In this document: positions 27,827 to 37,991 of the stretch, in pieces | Layout of the letters: every line of letters starts with the position of its first letter | How positions within the stretch are numbered: position 1 is the first letter of the stretch | IMG/VR virus record: IMGVR_UViG_3300037493_003812 | Location: 1 to 56,550 of that record | Reading direction: 5' to 3' (one strand) | Source: a virus | Taxonomy: Duplodnaviria; Caudoviricetes | DNA length: 56,550 bases | The notes under the pieces: generated by a model | Databases searched by the model: none | What the model was told of the DNA's origin: nothing | Seen by the model: the letters and a program-made list of their open reading frames with translations, nothing else | Position numbers and translations under genes: made by a program

Positions 27827-27853
27827 ATTCTTTCTGGATGCGCCTAGCTTAAA

Positions 27854-29005
27854 TCATTCGTAATTGCGGACTACAATTCCTACGCAAAAGCGTGGCAATG
27901 GCGGCGTGCTGTTAGTCATCCCCTGGTACCGAACAGTCAGCATCTGCCCAATGTAGTTTGCAGGGTTCTTGAGAATCGGCTTAAGCGTTTCAAGACTTCC
28001 CTCCATCTTACAGTCAAAGCGTCCACCCTGCTTCGTCTGACAAACGAAGATAGCACACTCAGCCATACGTCCCCGGCCAGGACGAACACCGACAATCTCA
28101 AACTCTGCATCATCGAAGCTCTTGATCTTTTGAAGATTATAGGACCGCTTCGTCTCATAGACGCTGTTCGTATTGCGAACCATCGTGCCCTCATATCCAG
28201 CCGCACGGTCGTCCGTAAAGTATTGCATAAGCTCTTCAATGCCCGCAACCTCACGAGTCGTCACGTAGACCAAAGGCTCGCCACAGAGCGCTACAACGCC
28301 CGCTAGAATGGTAGAGCGCTCAGCGAAATACGTCCCAATCTTCGTGTTGCTCAGCGAGTCTGCCACAATGTCATAGCAATGATACTGCACGACCTCATGG
28401 CCAGCCTTCGCCGTCACTTGCCGAACAAAGGAAACAATCTGCTCAAAATTCGTCTTGAACGCATGATTGTAAAGCTCACCGTCCAGAATCATATTGCGAT
28501 TCGGGAACGCCGCTTCAATTGCACGGTTGATATGCGGAACGCCCGTGATAAGCTTACGGGTACGAGTCCAAAGCTTACAGACGCCATTGGCGAGCATAGC
28601 GATACAACGAATACCATCCAGCTTCGGCTGGCAATAAGCGGGAAACGTGATCTTCTTGGCCTGCTCGGCATACTTATGGGCGAGCATTGGCTCAATTCCA
28701 CCCGCAACGAATTGAGCATCGCTCTCGCCAGCGTTAGCAGAGGCGAGGGTCTTACAATAACCAGTCTTAAGCTTCTTCTCCCACTGGGACTGAGCCTCAA
28801 AGACGGCCTGCTCGGCTGCGGTAGTTGCGTTCTTACGCCCGGCGTTCTTACCGGAGGCGATGGTTTCCTGAATGGACTGCATCTTGCCGCCCATCTTACC
28901 ATAGGTCTTATGGATGACGTTGCTAACGACGGAAATGGCCCAGGTCTGGATGGTACCGTTGGAATTCTGCGAATAGAGGGGAGCGAACTGCGTGGTGTTT
29001 GACAT
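27854..29005 (-). CDS. ATP-dependent DNA ligase with N-terminal WGR-like domain
   Basis: KLDGIR, LDGELY, EGTMVR, KIKSFDDAE; leaderless promoter 29012-29040. Confidence 0.93.
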   Translation of the reverse strand: MSNTTQFAPLYSQNSNGTIQTWAISVVSNVIHKTYGKMGGKMQSIQETIASGKNAGRKNATTAAEQAVFEAQSQWEKKLKTGYCKTLASANAGESDAQFVAGGIEPMLAHKYAEQAKKITFPAYCQPKLDGIRCIAMLANGVCKLWTRTRKLITGVPHINRAIEAAFPNRNMILDGELYNHAFKTNFEQIVSFVRQVTAKAGHEVVQYHCYDIVADSLSNTKIGTYFAERSTILAGVVALCGEPLVYVTTREVAGIEELMQYFTDDRAAGYEGTMVRNTNSVYETKRSYNLQKIKSFDDAEFEIVGVRPGRGRMAECAIFVCQTKQGGRFDCKMEGSLETLKPILKNPANYIGQMLTVRYQGMTNSTPPLPRFCVGIVVRNYE

Positions 29006-29112
29006 GCTTATATTATACCAGGATTATTCCATAATTTCAACCAATTAAAAAATAAAAAAGCCGCTCTCTTTCTTGAAGAAAACGGCTCATTTTATAGGGG
29101 TTTTAGTGAAAT

Positions 29113-29862
29113 CTAGGAGCGGCGTGCGAGGTCTGCGAGGCGTCGGCGGCGGAGAGCTTCTTGAAAGCTTCTGGTTCCAGCGACGTTAGAGAACGCTGGA
29201 CGCTCTGGGGGTGGTGGGGCGCCTTGTCTAGTTCTTCTGGCAGAATTTGCCTCGCCTGGGTTACTGCCCATTGCTACTGTGGAGTTAGACGGAACACCTG
29301 ACTTAAGTAAACCATCAGCTGTAGAGGCTGCATCAGCGAGATCTTGAATAAGTTTTTTCGCTGTCTTAAATGAAGACGTAACTGCATTAGCAATTTGTGT
29401 AACTACCTCAGAGCCGTGCGTCTCGTCAGCTTCTACGTTTTCTGTAACATCTTTGAAAGCTTCAAACATATTAATTAAGCTGGTAACATAGCCATCTAAT
29501 GCGGCTTCCATTGCTCCAATATCTGATAATTTGATATTGATTAATGTTTTATATTGACCGTCAACTTTTGATTTAAAAGACTTGAGCTTTTGTAAAGCTG
29601 AGCCAGCTTGAAGATTCTGTGCTGTGGCACCCCCATATTGCTCATGCTCTGGAGCGAAGGTGCTTAGGGAAGCAGTATCGGCGGCTTGTGCCTTTATACC
29701 TTGTCCTAAAGAGCGCCCGAAGTCTTTAACTTTATCAAAGAAGCCTTCATTGAGAACAAGCTTATGATAGGTGTTAACTTTCTCAGTGAAAAGATGATGT
29801 GCGCCTATATAAGCTTGACGACGGGCTTCTTGTAAAATTCTTTTTTGTTGTCTGATAGTCAT
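29113..29862 (-). CDS. Hypothetical helical protein, possibly virion-internal
   Basis: LxE motifs (ILQEA, LNEG, FQEA), Ala-rich. Confidence 0.6.
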   Translation of the reverse strand: MTIRQQKRILQEARRQAYIGAHHLFTEKVNTYHKLVLNEGFFDKVKDFGRSLGQGIKAQAADTASLSTFAPEHEQYGGATAQNLQAGSALQKLKSFKSKVDGQYKTLINIKLSDIGAMEAALDGYVTSLINMFEAFKDVTENVEADETHGSEVVTQIANAVTSSFKTAKKLIQDLADAASTADGLLKSGVPSNSTVAMGSNPGEANSARRTRQGAPPPPERPAFSNVAGTRSFQEALRRRRLADLARRS

Positions 29863-29943
29863 AAATTCTCCTAATGGGATTAATTAGTGTGCCGATCTTG
29901 AATATTCACATTTAGTGTTTCAAATAATTCATGACGCATAATT

Positions 29944-30606
29944 ATGTGTATGCATTCTAATTTAGATAAATTACTGGAAGAACTTCTTGAAGAGGAGGAT
30001 GGACTAGAAGAACAAGTGGCTTTAGCCGGCGGAGGAGTCGGAGCTACATCAACTGGTCTTGGTTTCAATACAGATGAGTTTAGTCCCCCATCGAAACATC
30101 GCCGACTCAACGAACAAATTGCTATCACTATAGCGCCGGCGTCAAAAGTAAAACGCACACTAAAAGTAGTCTGCGATAAAGAACTTAATCCAACCTCATT
30201 GCAAACAGTCGTTGACTTCATTAAGTTCTCAAATGGCGTGCTTAAGATAGAAACTCTTCCAGTGATACATCTTCACACTATTAAGAAACCAGATATGACC
30301 ACTGGCGCCTATGATAGAAATACAAATCATATTCATGCTTTAGTAGGTAAACGTCTAATTGTTGACGTTCTAAGAACTTTAGCACATGAGCTAACTCATC
30401 GAAGACAAGACGAGACTGGTTCCTTGGATGCGCAGTTAGCTAATGCTGACCATATGGATGAAATGGGAGATATCAATACCGGTTATGAGAATGAAGCTTA
30501 TACTTTAGCCGGCAATCTTGTGAAAATCTTCTGTCGTAAATATCCAAATGACAAAAGAATCTCCAAAGAACAACTCTATCAATTACAAGAAAATAAGAAA
30601 TTTTAA
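29944..30606 (+). CDS. Zn-dependent metallopeptidase-like protein
   Basis: LRTLAHELTHRRQ plus downstream ENEA. Confidence 0.75.
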   Translation: MCMHSNLDKLLEELLEEEDGLEEQVALAGGGVGATSTGLGFNTDEFSPPSKHRRLNEQIAITIAPASKVKRTLKVVCDKELNPTSLQTVVDFIKFSNGVLKIETLPVIHLHTIKKPDMTTGAYDRNTNHIHALVGKRLIVDVLRTLAHELTHRRQDETGSLDAQLANADHMDEMGDINTGYENEAYTLAGNLVKIFCRKYPNDKRISKEQLYQLQENKKF

Positions 30607-30691
30607 ATTATCGAAATATTTTGTCCGGTGACGATATATTTATTGAGTGAGCAAATCTACTCACACTCACTATAGAAAAGGATGAATCATT

Positions 30692-31108
30692 ATGGGAATT
30701 AGAAACAAAGTAGTTAAAGATGGTTTTATTGAATCAGGCGTCGATGGAGATACAGGCCTTTTTGGCTTTGAACAGCAATTAATTATTCGCAACGTGCCCG
30801 CAACTCCGCAGGCAATTACCACTGGGCTTACAGTGCTCTCTGGTGCATTAGTAACAGCATCACTTCCAACTATTTCAACTACCGTTCATGCTGATGGAAC
30901 AATTGCTAACGGACTCGTTTGCACAGTTCTACTTGGCTCAGCAGACACATTCTTACTTTCTGCCAGCGTGCCAATCAATGGTAACTCATGGACAAAAAAC
31001 ACCGTCGGAGCATCTTCTTCATACAAGATTCTCACTTGCGTCGGCGTTACCGGGCAAGATGTTGCGGCTCCAATCCAATGGTTCGTGACCTCAGGTAGCG
31101 TAGTCTGA
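30692..31108 (+). CDS. Hypothetical beta-rich protein, possibly structural
   Basis: AAGGA RBS, T/S/G/V-rich, terminator follows. Confidence 0.65.
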   Translation: MGIRNKVVKDGFIESGVDGDTGLFGFEQQLIIRNVPATPQAITTGLTVLSGALVTASLPTISTTVHADGTIANGLVCTVLLGSADTFLLSASVPINGNSWTKNTVGASSSYKILTCVGVTGQDVAAPIQWFVTSGSVV

Positions 31109-31145
31109 TTAGTATCTTAATCTAGATTTGCTAGACACTAAATAG

Positions 31146-31176
31146 AAAAGGGAGCCAAAGCAATTTGGCTCCCTTT
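31146..31176. terminator. Bidirectional intrinsic terminator
   Basis: AAAGGGAGCCAAA/TTTGGCTCCCTTT between convergent genes. Confidence 0.85.
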
Positions 31177-31206
31177 CCTTTTGCTAGACGACTTCCGTCT
31201 TATCTG

Positions 31207-31854
31207 CTACAAAAGCTTTTTGCCGTCGGCTAGACGGAATTCATGCTTAAGAGAAATGTCCACATTGAATGATGGAATTCCAACGTGATTAACAAGATTG
31301 TGCTTAGCACACTCGGCTGAGTCTAGAAACCAATCGGCATGCTTCTTCTGGTGCACCAGGTCGAGGAAATACTCTTCTGATTTCCCACAGTTCTTTGCCA
31401 TCATACGGAAGATGATTTCGTTTAGACGATCCGTTTCAGCGGCATTTGACTTAATCTCTTCATTTTTGCCCCAGCCCATACTGGATACTTCATGAATCAT
31501 TACAGTCGAAGATGGAGCCGCAAAACGATAGCCTTCTGTGCCACATGTTAGAAGAACAGCTCCACATGACATTGCCTTACCTTCTACAATTGTAGCCAGC
31601 TTGACTTTACAAGCCTTCATCATATCCACAATGCTAAGAAGCGAATAGACTTCGCCGCCATATGAGTCAATGACAATTGGCAGAATTTCTTGCTTAGACT
31701 TGAGACAATGGTCTTCTGCCGCTTCTAGCTCTTCACAGAACTTATTGGCACTCTCCTCATTGAAAGCTCCAGTGAACTTGATATAAGTGGGAAGATAACA
31801 GGTGCTATCAATCTCGTCCTTAAATCGCTCATCAACATTAACGGTATATCTCAT
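31207..31854 (-). CDS. clpP: ClpP-like serine protease
   Basis: IDSYGG, AMSCG, VMIHE, DWFLDS. Confidence 0.88.
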   Translation of the reverse strand: MRYTVNVDERFKDEIDSTCYLPTYIKFTGAFNEESANKFCEELEAAEDHCLKSKQEILPIVIDSYGGEVYSLLSIVDMMKACKVKLATIVEGKAMSCGAVLLTCGTEGYRFAAPSSTVMIHEVSSMGWGKNEEIKSNAAETDRLNEIIFRMMAKNCGKSEEYFLDLVHQKKHADWFLDSAECAKHNLVNHVGIPSFNVDISLKHEFRLADGKKLL

Positions 31855-31878
31855 ATTCTTTTCTTCCTTATTGCTTTG

Positions 31879-32451
31879 TTATTGGATACGAACTAGTTCT
31901 TTGAACTTGTGTAATACTGAAAGTGTTAAGTCTACGTCACCTTTGGCTGTATGCAGCTTTTCATCTGCAATAGGGATACCGAGTGATTTAGCGATATCGC
32001 TTAGACTATAGTTTTTGAGATTTGGAAGAACGCCGGCTAAAAATAGAAACTTTGCTATCGATGCTGTATCAATATGACGCCGGTCAAAATACATATCCCA
32101 TTCCGGCATAATATGCGTTTTCATAAACTTTACGTCAAATCGAACATTATGTCCAATTGGAGTAATCTTCTCTTTACTCGCTCCAAAATTCCATTTACAA
32201 ATAGCATTCTTAAATCCCAGCTTAACTTCATCAATAGGCGTCGCCGTCCTATCATGTTCCACTAGATTGATTTTATTGACTTCCAGTGCTTTGGCTTCTA
32301 TGATATAGACACCCATAGGGGCTTTAACAGAATAACTTATCTCATCGACAATCTTGAGTTCTTCGTTCAGTTTATAACCAAAGACGGTCAACAGACTTGA
32401 CTCTTTCTTTAAGCCACCAGTTTCAGTATCGAACAGGAAGTAATTCGTCAT
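31879..32451 (-). CDS. DEDDh 3'-5' exonuclease
   Basis: FDTETGG, GHNVRFD, IDT, HTAKGD. Confidence 0.88.
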   Translation of the reverse strand: MTNYFLFDTETGGLKKESSLLTVFGYKLNEELKIVDEISYSVKAPMGVYIIEAKALEVNKINLVEHDRTATPIDEVKLGFKNAICKWNFGASKEKITPIGHNVRFDVKFMKTHIMPEWDMYFDRRHIDTASIAKFLFLAGVLPNLKNYSLSDIAKSLGIPIADEKLHTAKGDVDLTLSVLHKFKELVRIQ

Positions 32452-32646
32452 TCTCTTAATATAACAGACCCGAATTAAAAGATAAACTGATTGAATTAAT
32501 AAATAAGGAATTATTAGTTTTGATGGTATAGTTATAAGTAGCTACACTAGAGATAGGAGGAGCAGGCAGCAAAAATATATTAAGAAGCATATTCTCTAAA
32601 TTGAGAAAAATGTTAGTCTATTATAATACAAATTAAGGAGAAATTT

Positions 32647-32943
32647 ATGAAAAATGAAACTTCGACTTCTGCAAAACAAATCAACAAAGTAGATGAGAGT
32701 ATTGAGAAATATGACCACTTCTGGCATCCTAGTCCTGGTATCACGAAAATTGATAGATTAGAGTGCTATATTTCTAAACACATATTGATGTGGATGATTG
32801 CAACCATAACAGGCGGTCTTGGAATCGGCTGGGCATTGGGTAGCTTCGCTGGATCAATGATAGGAGCATCAATCGGTTCTATTCTAGGCGGCGTCATCGG
32901 GACCGCTCACGCTAAACATAATTGTCCTAAAGAATTAAGATAA
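32647..32943 (+). CDS. Glycine-zipper membrane protein
   Basis: GxxxGxxxG hydrophobic repeats; AAGGAG RBS. Confidence 0.65.
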   Translation: MKNETSTSAKQINKVDESIEKYDHFWHPSPGITKIDRLECYISKHILMWMIATITGGLGIGWALGSFAGSMIGASIGSILGGVIGTAHAKHNCPKELR

Positions 32944-33090
32944 TTAATTTCTATCGTAAATCATCGTCACGCCGGCCATTATTCGGTCGGCGTTCTCGTT
33001 TCTAGATAATGTTGCGTGGAACGCTACCAATAGAAGGGAATAGAGAGCATGACTAGACTATTTATTTATAATAGACATAGGAGGCTGAAT

Positions 33091-33975
33091 ATGGTTAAAC
33101 GTGCATTAGTTCTTTCCGGAGGAGCGAGCCGTGGCGCCTATCAAGTCGGTGCTCTTAAAGCTCTAATAGAAACTGGACACACCTGGACCAGCATTCATGG
33201 CATCTCTGTGGGCTCTCTTAACGCAGCCTGGCTCACTTCTCATTCTGTGTGTAAAGACTATGATATTGCCGGCTTAATTCAACTTTGGTCAAATATCTCG
33301 CAATCCGAAGATATGATTAAACCTTGGAGCAATATCCGATTCTTCAATTACCTAATGTCAATCTGGAAAGGTTCTCTTAATTCTCATAAGAATCTTAAAG
33401 CAATCATCGAATGCAATATAAAAGCCGAATCCATTCATTCCAGTAATATCAAGTTAACCGTTGGATGTTGTTCGATGAACGATGGACATTATCTCGCCGT
33501 TGCCGGCAATAATCCTCATATTATTGACTTCGTTCTCGCCTCGTCTATGCTCCCAGTAGTCTTTAACCCCATAATCATCAAAAACGAGAAGTGGGTGGAC
33601 GGAGGCATTAGACACCAGATACCTATTGTTGAAGCTTTGGCAGAACGTCCCGCTGAGATTGATATCATTTTAACTCGTAATCCTATTGCCTCATATGACA
33701 TTAAGATTGAAGCTGATATGACTAAACTCCGCAGTGCTCCCAGGATGGCTTTAAGAGCGTCCGAGATAATGAACGACCAGATATATCAGGCGGACTTCAA
33801 CACAGCTTTAAGAGCCGCCAGGACAGTGCAGAACGTTAATTTCAGCCTCTATCTTCCTGAGGGAGTATCGAGCATAAAAGACAGTTTAGTTTTTAACCCG
33901 GCTCTCATTAAAGAGACAATTCAGTTGGGTTATGAAGAAACAATGAAGGTCCTAGCAAAAGCAAAAGGCCAATGA
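33091..33975 (+). CDS. Patatin-like phospholipase
   Basis: LSGGASRG, GISVG, DGG; AGGAGG RBS. Confidence 0.9.
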   Translation: MVKRALVLSGGASRGAYQVGALKALIETGHTWTSIHGISVGSLNAAWLTSHSVCKDYDIAGLIQLWSNISQSEDMIKPWSNIRFFNYLMSIWKGSLNSHKNLKAIIECNIKAESIHSSNIKLTVGCCSMNDGHYLAVAGNNPHIIDFVLASSMLPVVFNPIIIKNEKWVDGGIRHQIPIVEALAERPAEIDIILTRNPIASYDIKIEADMTKLRSAPRMALRASEIMNDQIYQADFNTALRAARTVQNVNFSLYLPEGVSSIKDSLVFNPALIKETIQLGYEETMKVLAKAKGQ

Positions 33976-34158
33976 CTTTCGCCATTGACCTCATTACCGA
34001 CTTATTTGTTAATTGATTAACCTTCTCGTTGAACTCTGTTAGGATGACGCTTTCCGCACTTGACGCAATATTGCTCATAGGTCTTATGACCGAACACACG
34101 CTCAAGGGTGTAGAAATCAATCGCCCAATTATGGCGACACACCAGTTCCTTCAACTTA

Positions 34159-34479
34159 TCAAACATTTTCTTTAAATCCATTTGCAGGGTACCTAATCAA
34201 ATAGGGACTATAAACAGTTACTAGTTCGTCATCTACCAATACAACAGTGCGCCAATCATAGCCATTATTTCGCCGCTCTTCCGGGCTGCCCCATATCGGT
34301 GCTTCCTTTATAAGGAGCAACGGTTGGTCCCAGGCGATATCCCGCTGGTTCTGAACGATAAACGCCCCAGCGGCGTACCCCCACGGAATAGTCGCCAAAT
34401 CCCCTGGCGGGCCGTGCTTTGCCAAACAAACTAGATCACCAGGTTTAAAGCTCATTTTGTATTTCCCAGGCTTAATCAC
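34159..34479 (-). CDS. Small SH3/KOW-like family protein
   Basis: FKPGDLV ... VLVDDELV. Confidence 0.65.
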   Translation of the reverse strand: MIKPGKYKMSFKPGDLVCLAKHGPPGDLATIPWGYAAGAFIVQNQRDIAWDQPLLLIKEAPIWGSPEERRNNGYDWRTVVLVDDELVTVYSPYLIRYPANGFKENV

Positions 34480-35646
34480 TCACCGGAACCGAAGATAATT
34501 GGCCTTCGTACGACCGACCCAAGGCTGAAAAGGCTGCGCCGCACCACGGTACCCAGACTTACTCGCTCCATACAGTCCCGGCGGCGTAAGCTCACGGGCA
34601 CGATCCAGGTCCTTCTCAGGCGTCACTACCCGAGGCGTACCAAAGATTTCCTGCTCCTCAATGACTTCAATCAGGCGGGGAAGATGGGCGAGAAGAAAAC
34701 TCCACTCCTTAGTTGCCGGATTATACGACCGCTCCTTTGGAGCACACACGCCCTTAAGCGCTGCCATAAAGCCAAACATGTTAGCGCCCTTAACCCAATT
34801 GAAACGCAACACGGCGTCCTCAGAGCGAAGCGTAATAACTGCACCGCTGGTGTTCGGCTTAGGCTGCACGAGCGTTCCATCGGCCCTTACAGTGAAGCTG
34901 GCGGTATAGACAGGCGCAGGCTGGGCGAGCTTCCAGGCGGTTGCTTCGGCCGTGATAGTCGCAATATCTCCCTCATACATCGGCCAATGGACCTGGACTG
35001 CATCCAGAAACGCAGTCATGCTCGCCACTGGCGCAGAGTAGGGACTACGGTCGCCACGGAACTTCGGCGTCGTGATACCGGCAATCTTCTTCATCGTCTG
35101 CCAACCGGACGTGTTTCCAAGGCCGGTCATATAGACTCGACCATTCTCAAACCAAATCTTACTGGCGGACGTAGAAGCCTGACCAGAGATAACGCCAGCG
35201 AGACCAACATAGCCCAGCGCTCGAATAACCTGCACCATTGCCGACTTCACCTCGACATAATTTCCACCCTTTACGGAGCGGGGATGATCGAAGGAGCAAA
35301 GAAAATCACACGCACGGATAACTTCACGAAGGTCATTACCGGCCCGAGCCATCACGGTCATATCATCGCAGGAATTTGCGGCACGTTCGGAACACTTCAA
35401 GAGGCTCTTATAAGCCTTATGCCAAACATCGATGGTCTCAGGAATGAGCATATCATCGGTAATTGACATGGCGAAAATCAGAGCGGCCGAATAGTTCGCT
35501 GGGAGATTTTTTGCCATAAGGTGCGAATCCTTCTTACGGCAAATCGGTCCGACGCCCACTTCCCTAGAAATTGGATCCGTTAGAGCGTCATTACAACGTG
35601 AGCAATGGCGGTGGGTATTGTCGGTGGCGAGCTTACGTCGAGTCAT
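34480..35646 (-). CDS. DUF6011-type Zn-finger protein with C-terminal HARP-like segment
   Basis: CSRCNDALTDPISREVGVGPIC; RSYNPATKEW. Confidence 0.7.
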   Translation of the reverse strand: MTRRKLATDNTHRHCSRCNDALTDPISREVGVGPICRKKDSHLMAKNLPANYSAALIFAMSITDDMLIPETIDVWHKAYKSLLKCSERAANSCDDMTVMARAGNDLREVIRACDFLCSFDHPRSVKGGNYVEVKSAMVQVIRALGYVGLAGVISGQASTSASKIWFENGRVYMTGLGNTSGWQTMKKIAGITTPKFRGDRSPYSAPVASMTAFLDAVQVHWPMYEGDIATITAEATAWKLAQPAPVYTASFTVRADGTLVQPKPNTSGAVITLRSEDAVLRFNWVKGANMFGFMAALKGVCAPKERSYNPATKEWSFLLAHLPRLIEVIEEQEIFGTPRVVTPEKDLDRARELTPPGLYGASKSGYRGAAQPFQPWVGRTKANYLRFR

Positions 35647-35935
35647 CTGTGTTCCTCTTCTTTCTACTTACAGAATATCAAAATTATGCCGGATTTTAAA
35701 GTAATTAGAAAATATATTTTTACCGACCTCCCAACAGCAAAAACCCCAGATTTCTCCGGGGTCTGCTACGTTCTGCTAATTTCGCTCTTTACTGGATAAC
35801 ACCCACACGGATCGGCGTGTCCTGGTCTCACTGCTTTTCCGCAGTCAGCGCATCGCCAGGGAAGCTGGTCATTAGCAACCACTCCTCCCATATAAATCTT
35901 CCAGTCTAGACTTCGTGAATAGTTCCAGGAAAACT

Positions 35936-36145
35936 TCACTTTCCTTCTCGCTTCGCCTTCGCCAGTTCTCGGAGAAAAGACATAGCGAGCCTATATCCAT
36001 CAGATAGACCCTGACCATGATCATTACCCTCGGTCGCCCCATACGGGTCGGCATCCTTATCGGCTTCCCATTGAGCCTCTAGGAGCGCTTCGGCCGCTTC
36101 AAGTTCGTCAGCTACACAGCCATCATATATTCGGTTCAGCGACAT
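35936..36145 (-). CDS. Small helical hypothetical protein
   Basis: Paralog of 36164..36403 (ADxL...GYxLAxxF). Confidence 0.6.
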   Translation of the reverse strand: MSLNRIYDGCVADELEAAEALLEAQWEADKDADPYGATEGNDHGQGLSDGYRLAMSFLRELAKAKREGK

Positions 36146-36163
36146 TTCTGTAATTCTTTCTAT

Positions 36164-36403
36164 TTAAGCGGACCGACGTGCGGCAGCGAGGCCACGGATG
36201 AATTCGATGGCGAGGCCATACCCGGCTGCAATACCCGCATCATACGAATCATGCGAGATTGCGCCATCGAGCGTTCCACATTCACGCTCTGCCTTCTCTG
36301 TCAACTGGTCCGCAATCGAGTCAATGCCGGAGGCAAGGCTCTCATTGATGTTGCTCTTAAGAGCGTTGAGGTCTAGGAAACCATTCGTCATCGTCGTCTT
36401 CAT
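36164..36403 (-). CDS. Small helical hypothetical protein
   Basis: Leaderless promoter, MKT start. Confidence 0.65.
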   Translation of the reverse strand: MKTTMTNGFLDLNALKSNINESLASGIDSIADQLTEKAERECGTLDGAISHDSYDAGIAAGYGLAIEFIRGLAAARRSA

Positions 36404-36464
36404 ATATTCATTATATCAAAAAGAAGTCCGATTTTAAAGTAATTAGGGAACTTATTTCCTCGGG

Positions 36465-36725
36465 CTAAATTCTGCTGTAATTTCCATCAGTTACGACCTC
36501 TCGGAGATAGTAGGCATTTATGCTCACGATTCGCTCGTCAAGCAATATATGATATGGACCGTCCTCAGAGTTAGAAACACTACGCAAAATTAAAACAATT
36601 GAATGGGCGGGGATTTGTATCCACCCAGTGTCCTCCGCAATCGTTCGCAGGTCCCAGGCGCACGTCTTAACCAATTCTCCTGGATAATACGTATGGTCAA
36701 TCGTAGGTGACATTAAATTCTTCAT
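36465..36725 (-). CDS. Small SH3/KOW-like family protein
   Basis: YPGELV ... ILLDERIV. Confidence 0.6.
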   Translation of the reverse strand: MKNLMSPTIDHTYYPGELVKTCAWDLRTIAEDTGWIQIPAHSIVLILRSVSNSEDGPYHILLDERIVSINAYYLREVVTDGNYSRI

Positions 36726-36981
36726 TAGACTGCCTTCAAGGAATTCTCTACTACCATTGCCAATTGGTCGCCAATCAAAACAACAGCACACCGAATGTTC
36801 GCATATTCGGCAGCACCTATATAGACCATCACAGGATTGTTTCCAGCTGGAACTTGAACATTGTTGTTTAGTTGCCAATTTCCATGGTCAAGACGAGCTC
36901 CTGGCATATATGCGCCCTCGCTCCTGCAACACGCGGGCACGACACGTCAAATCGATATAGATTTCCGATTTTAAGTTTCAT
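36725..36981 (-). pseudogene. Frameshifted SH3/KOW-like family gene
   Basis: MKLKIGNLYRF from 36981 is out of frame with the VLIGDQ-containing 36725..36940. Confidence 0.55.
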
Positions 36982-37327
36982 TGGCGTTTGCCGGCCCTTC
37001 ATACTTCTTAAACCAGATATCGTCAACCCAAACTTTGCGGTCATTCACAATTGCGTGATAAACTACGTGGTCTGCCAATCCATCCTTAAACGCAGGCTTC
37101 GCATATGCCACAACTATCAAAATAGTGTCGTGTTCGATATAGACAATATGGCGGTCGTCACTACTACACCGATCTGCCTTCGCCACACCAACAATGAGCG
37201 CCTCGTAATTATCCGACTCGTCCGGCTCTGCCAGACGAATCAAATCTCCAGGCTGGAACTTATATCCAGAGCGCTTATAGTCGATTCCATTTGGTCCAAA
37301 ATATGTAGATTGCCCTGGCTTAGGCAT
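36971..37327 (-). CDS. Small SH3/KOW-like family protein
   Basis: FQPGDLI ... AIVNDRKVWV. Confidence 0.65.
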   Translation of the reverse strand: MPKPGQSTYFGPNGIDYKRSGYKFQPGDLIRLAEPDESDNYEALIVGVAKADRCSSDDRHIVYIEHDTILIVVAYAKPAFKDGLADHVVYHAIVNDRKVWVDDIWFKKYEGPANANET

Positions 37328-37330
37328 TGC

Positions 37331-37618
37331 TCACTCCTGCAAATTTAGCACGGCTTCTAGCACACGGATATCCTCGCTAGGCAGCCGCTTAAACATCTTG
37401 TCATTAACACTTCGAGCACGAAACTTACCAAGTTCCGGACGAAGCGCATAACCCACCTGGGACGTAGAAGACTCGCACCGCCTTCTCGCTCCTGCTCCAG
37501 CTAACACTTTACGCTGGACATTGTATTGAGCGCCAGGCCCATAGAAACGAATCAAGTAACCTTCGCTGTCAGTAACCCAGCCAATCCACTTATCCATCAG
37601 ATTCTTTTTAGTGCTCAT
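37331..37618 (-). CDS. Hypothetical protein
   Basis: ORF in operon. Confidence 0.55.
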   Translation of the reverse strand: MSTKKNLMDKWIGWVTDSEGYLIRFYGPGAQYNVQRKVLAGAGARRRCESSTSQVGYALRPELGKFRARSVNDKMFKRLPSEDIRVLEAVLNLQE

Positions 37619-37620
37619 TT

Positions 37621-37899
37621 TTACTGTACCGCTTCCATATTCGCCGGAAAAAGAAAATTCAATTGCGTTTCAAGAATAACAAAACTTTTATGCATATTCA
37701 CATTCATACGTTGCAAATTCTGCACACTCTCACGGGCGTCAACTAGCCGACTGAATACACCAACAACATCCTTGCCCACTAGCATTGCCTGAGGATGGAT
37801 ATCAGTCCGCTCCTTCAAAATTTCGTGGTGCCAAACTTCGGTCGTCTGGCAGCAAATGACATAGATGAATTGATTTTCGATTAGAGCTCCCGTCTTCAT
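37621..37899 (-). CDS. Small SH3/KOW-like family protein
   Basis: MKTGALI; leaderless promoter. Confidence 0.55.
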   Translation of the reverse strand: MKTGALIENQFIYVICCQTTEVWHHEILKERTDIHPQAMLVGKDVVGVFSRLVDARESVQNLQRMNVNMHKSFVILETQLNFLFPANMEAVQ

Positions 37900-37991
37900 A
37901 TATCCATTATAACAAATTTTACCCAGAATTTAAACCAATAAAAGAACACAAAAAGCCCAGGTTTTGTGCTTGAAATTTCGGCTATCCGGCC

